Source of the DNA: Anthoceros angustus
Lineage: Eukaryota; Plantae; Anthocerotophyta
Length of the DNA stretch: 64,000 nt
Direction: 5' to 3'
NCBI GenBank assembly: GCA_010909165.1
Contig: MU008186.1
Location: 372,001 to 436,000 of the forward strand
Part shown: in pieces, positions 61,609 through 64,000 of the stretch
Layout of the letters: the number at the start of each line of letters is the position of its first letter
How positions within the stretch are numbered: position 1 is the stretch's first letter
Translations under genes and position numbers: made by a program
The notes under the pieces: generated by a model
What the model was told of the DNA's origin: nothing
Databases searched by the model: none
Seen by the model: only the letters and a program-made list of their open reading frames with translations

Positions 61609-63050
61609 ATGGAGGTGAAATTATTCTTCAAGATGCTGCTGAGCTTTGAAATCTTTTTCTGCTTGTATATTATTTGTGCGAATGCATTACATTTAACTTT
61701 GCACCATCCACAATATCATGGATCTTTAGATTCATTTGGAGATTCTTTGGTGGATATTGGAAATAATAATCATCTACATATAAAAGCAGCAACTAGAGCT
61801 AATTTTTGTCCATATGGAAATATATTTGACTCGAGAAAAGCAACAGAACAATTTAGTAATGGTCGTATTTTGCAAGACTTTTTTTCTAGTCATCTTCGCT
61901 ATACAAAATTCCCATAGCCATTCTTGGATCATACTCAGAATGCTATAAGATGGGAGGGTGTTAGCTTTGCTTCTGGTAGGGCCAGATTGTTAAGAAGTAC
62001 TCAAAGACAATATGGGCAAGTTTGGTCATTGCATCATCAAGTGGATTTGTTTCAAAAAAGAATGGCACCCTAGATCTTGCAAGACAATTTGGCACGAAAT
62101 CGCGGAAATGTGACTCACAATGTTGCAAAACATCTAGGAAAATCATTATACTATATTGATGTGGGTATAGATGATTTTATAGAGAGGATTTTTGCCAGAC
62201 AAACTATTTCTTCTAGCTTGTTTTGTAAAACTCTCATTAGCAGAATGAGAGATAACATCTGTAGGTTATATAAACAAGGAGCGCGAAAGTTTATTATAGC
62301 TAATAGTGGGCCTATAGGGTGTTCTCCTTTGGTTATGCATGCTACTATATCATCAGGATGCAATAAAAAGGTCAGCAGCCATGTCCAAAGTTATAATCAG
62401 AAGTTGAATCAAATGCTTGACAAAGAATTTCAGCACCATCTTAGAGGAGCTCACCTTGTTGTTCTTCCTACCTTTCATGCCTTTAATGAAATTTTTCATC
62501 ATCATTCTATGTAGGAATTCCAACACAATACAAAAGCATATTGTGGGGATGGAAAAACACCATGTAGGAAGGGATCAAAACTCTGCAAGCATGCCAAAAA
62601 ATTTATTTGGTGGGATCATCTCATATGTCACATAATACTATCCATATTGCAGGTCAATGGTTCTTCAATGGAACAAATTTTCCTCGAAATGGCAAGGATT
62701 GCCTTCTATACAAGTTCTATGTCATGCAAATGTAAACATCGATTCTAATATAATCATTGATTGGAATGGCCACAACAATAGTGGAAACTCTGCACCTGAA
62801 CCTAACACACCTTATGATAATCCTTTGCCAAGTGGTAATAGTCCATATGTTTCTTCACCAATGATGTTCACCACTGGTGTTCATTGATATAGCTGTGATA
62901 TACCAGATGTTCAGGTCCTGCTGGTCCCTCTTCTGGCGATGAACCTTCTCCTTCACCTTCCTCTAGTGATTTTACTTCTCGTGGTGTGTCACCTTCTAGT
63001 GCACCGATGACCTCATTGTAAATGGAGATGACGGTATTAGTTTGATAGAT
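61609..63050 (+). pseudogene. Intronless GDSL esterase/lipase pseudogene with Pro/Ser-rich tail
   Basis: Signal peptide, FGDSLVDIGNNN, RANFCPYG, FSNGR, GVSFASG, LYKQGARKF..GPIGCSP and FIWWD; several stops and frameshifts. Confidence 0.8.
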
Positions 63051-63560
63051 ACGGACAATGAAGATCATTAGAACAGAAAAGTTTGTACCATAAAATATTT
63101 TATAAAGATATATAGTATAATATTATTTTAATTTATATATATAAATTAAAATTTTAGACCAATTATATCGATGTAAAAGTTTTATATGAATTAAAATATA
63201 CTTGTGCAGTTCATGTATGTCGTTCATATATGTCATTACACTCGATTGTGTCCCTTTCTTGCTATGGCCATAGGCTTTATCGCAGCTAGTTGGACTATAT
63301 GTTCATGCATAAAGGCCAGACAACATTGGGCAGCTCGAGATTGCTGGGTGAGAACATCGCGTAAGTGAAGCTGATAACCTCGAAATATAGGTTTTGATTC
63401 TATCTGCGAACAAGTTTGTCTCTTTCCTGACTGACCTCAGAAACTGGGGACAGGCATCTTAGGCCGGCTAGCAATGTACACGATGGTTCAGTTCATGAAG
63501 GCCCAGATCATGAAATGTAAGTGGCAGCTAAGGTTGTAAGTTGCAGAGAAGGTTTTAACG

Positions 63561-63941
63561 ATGGAGGTAGCATGGATGATTGTAACGGGACTTGTTGTCA
63601 TTCTGTGTTGCCTTAAATTGTTGTTGCAGGTGGGTTCCAAGTTGAAGCTGCCTCCAGGGCCTCCACCCAAGTTGTGTTTTGGGCACCTTTCGATCTTTGG
63701 CTCCCCGCACAAACATGCAGTGTTGGCGGACCTGAGCAAGAAGTATGGACCGCTCATGTTTTTCAAGCTGGGATCCACCCCTGTCGTCGTGGTGTCTTCA
63801 CCTGATGTGGCTGAGGAGTTGTTCAAAACCCAAGATCAGGTGTTTGCAAATCGCTTCCAGACAACAGCCGTGAAGTCGCTGCTCTGTAACCCTGAGTCGA
63901 TTACCTGGGCACCATATGGACCGCGATGGAGGTTTCTGAGG
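63561..63941 (+). CDS. Cytochrome P450 (CYP71 clan), first exon; gene runs off the window
   Basis: TM anchor, LPPGP, LSKKYGPLMFFKLGSTPVVVVSSPDVAEE.FKTQD.VFANR, WAPYGPRWRFLR, then GT donor. Confidence 0.9.
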
Positions 63942-64000
63942 TAACTGTGCTGGTACAAACCTTCGTAAATGTTAAGCTCGGTGTGTGTCCTTCATGCCCA

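Noticed and set aside
1-64000. tRNA/rRNA genes
   Set aside because: No recognisable signatures by eye; tRNAscan-SE/Infernal not run

Overview
Eukaryotic nuclear DNA from a compact, short-intron seedless land plant. A hornwort is the best guess, inferred from short introns, gene density and PLS-PPR proteins with a PGQSWW box. Gene island 1 (2-12.3 kb) holds a roughly 1,428-aa protein joining a KANSL2/INO80D-type zf-C3Hc3H finger to six AP2 domains, an SLC19-type folate/thiamine carrier and a BRAP2/BRIZ E3 ligase. A nested TE block (12.7-30 kb) contains a PIF/Harbinger relic, a fragmented Ty1/copia element with a spliced antisense ORF, a TIR element with a 4-bp TSD and a CRE-like RLE non-LTR retrotransposon. 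Gene island 2 (31-53 kb) holds three intronless PLS-E+ PPR editing-factor genes interleaved with CCNDBP1/GCIP, prohibitin, SGF29, sulfurtransferase and RBD1 rubredoxin genes. The repeat-rich end (53.5-63 kb) has a gypsy-like element with a doubly folded-back gag, a GDSL pseudogene and the first exon of a CYP71-clan P450. Several kb-scale, indel-rich tandem duplications look like long-read assembly artefacts. Coordinates of spliced genes and repeats were read by eye and may be off by a few bases.
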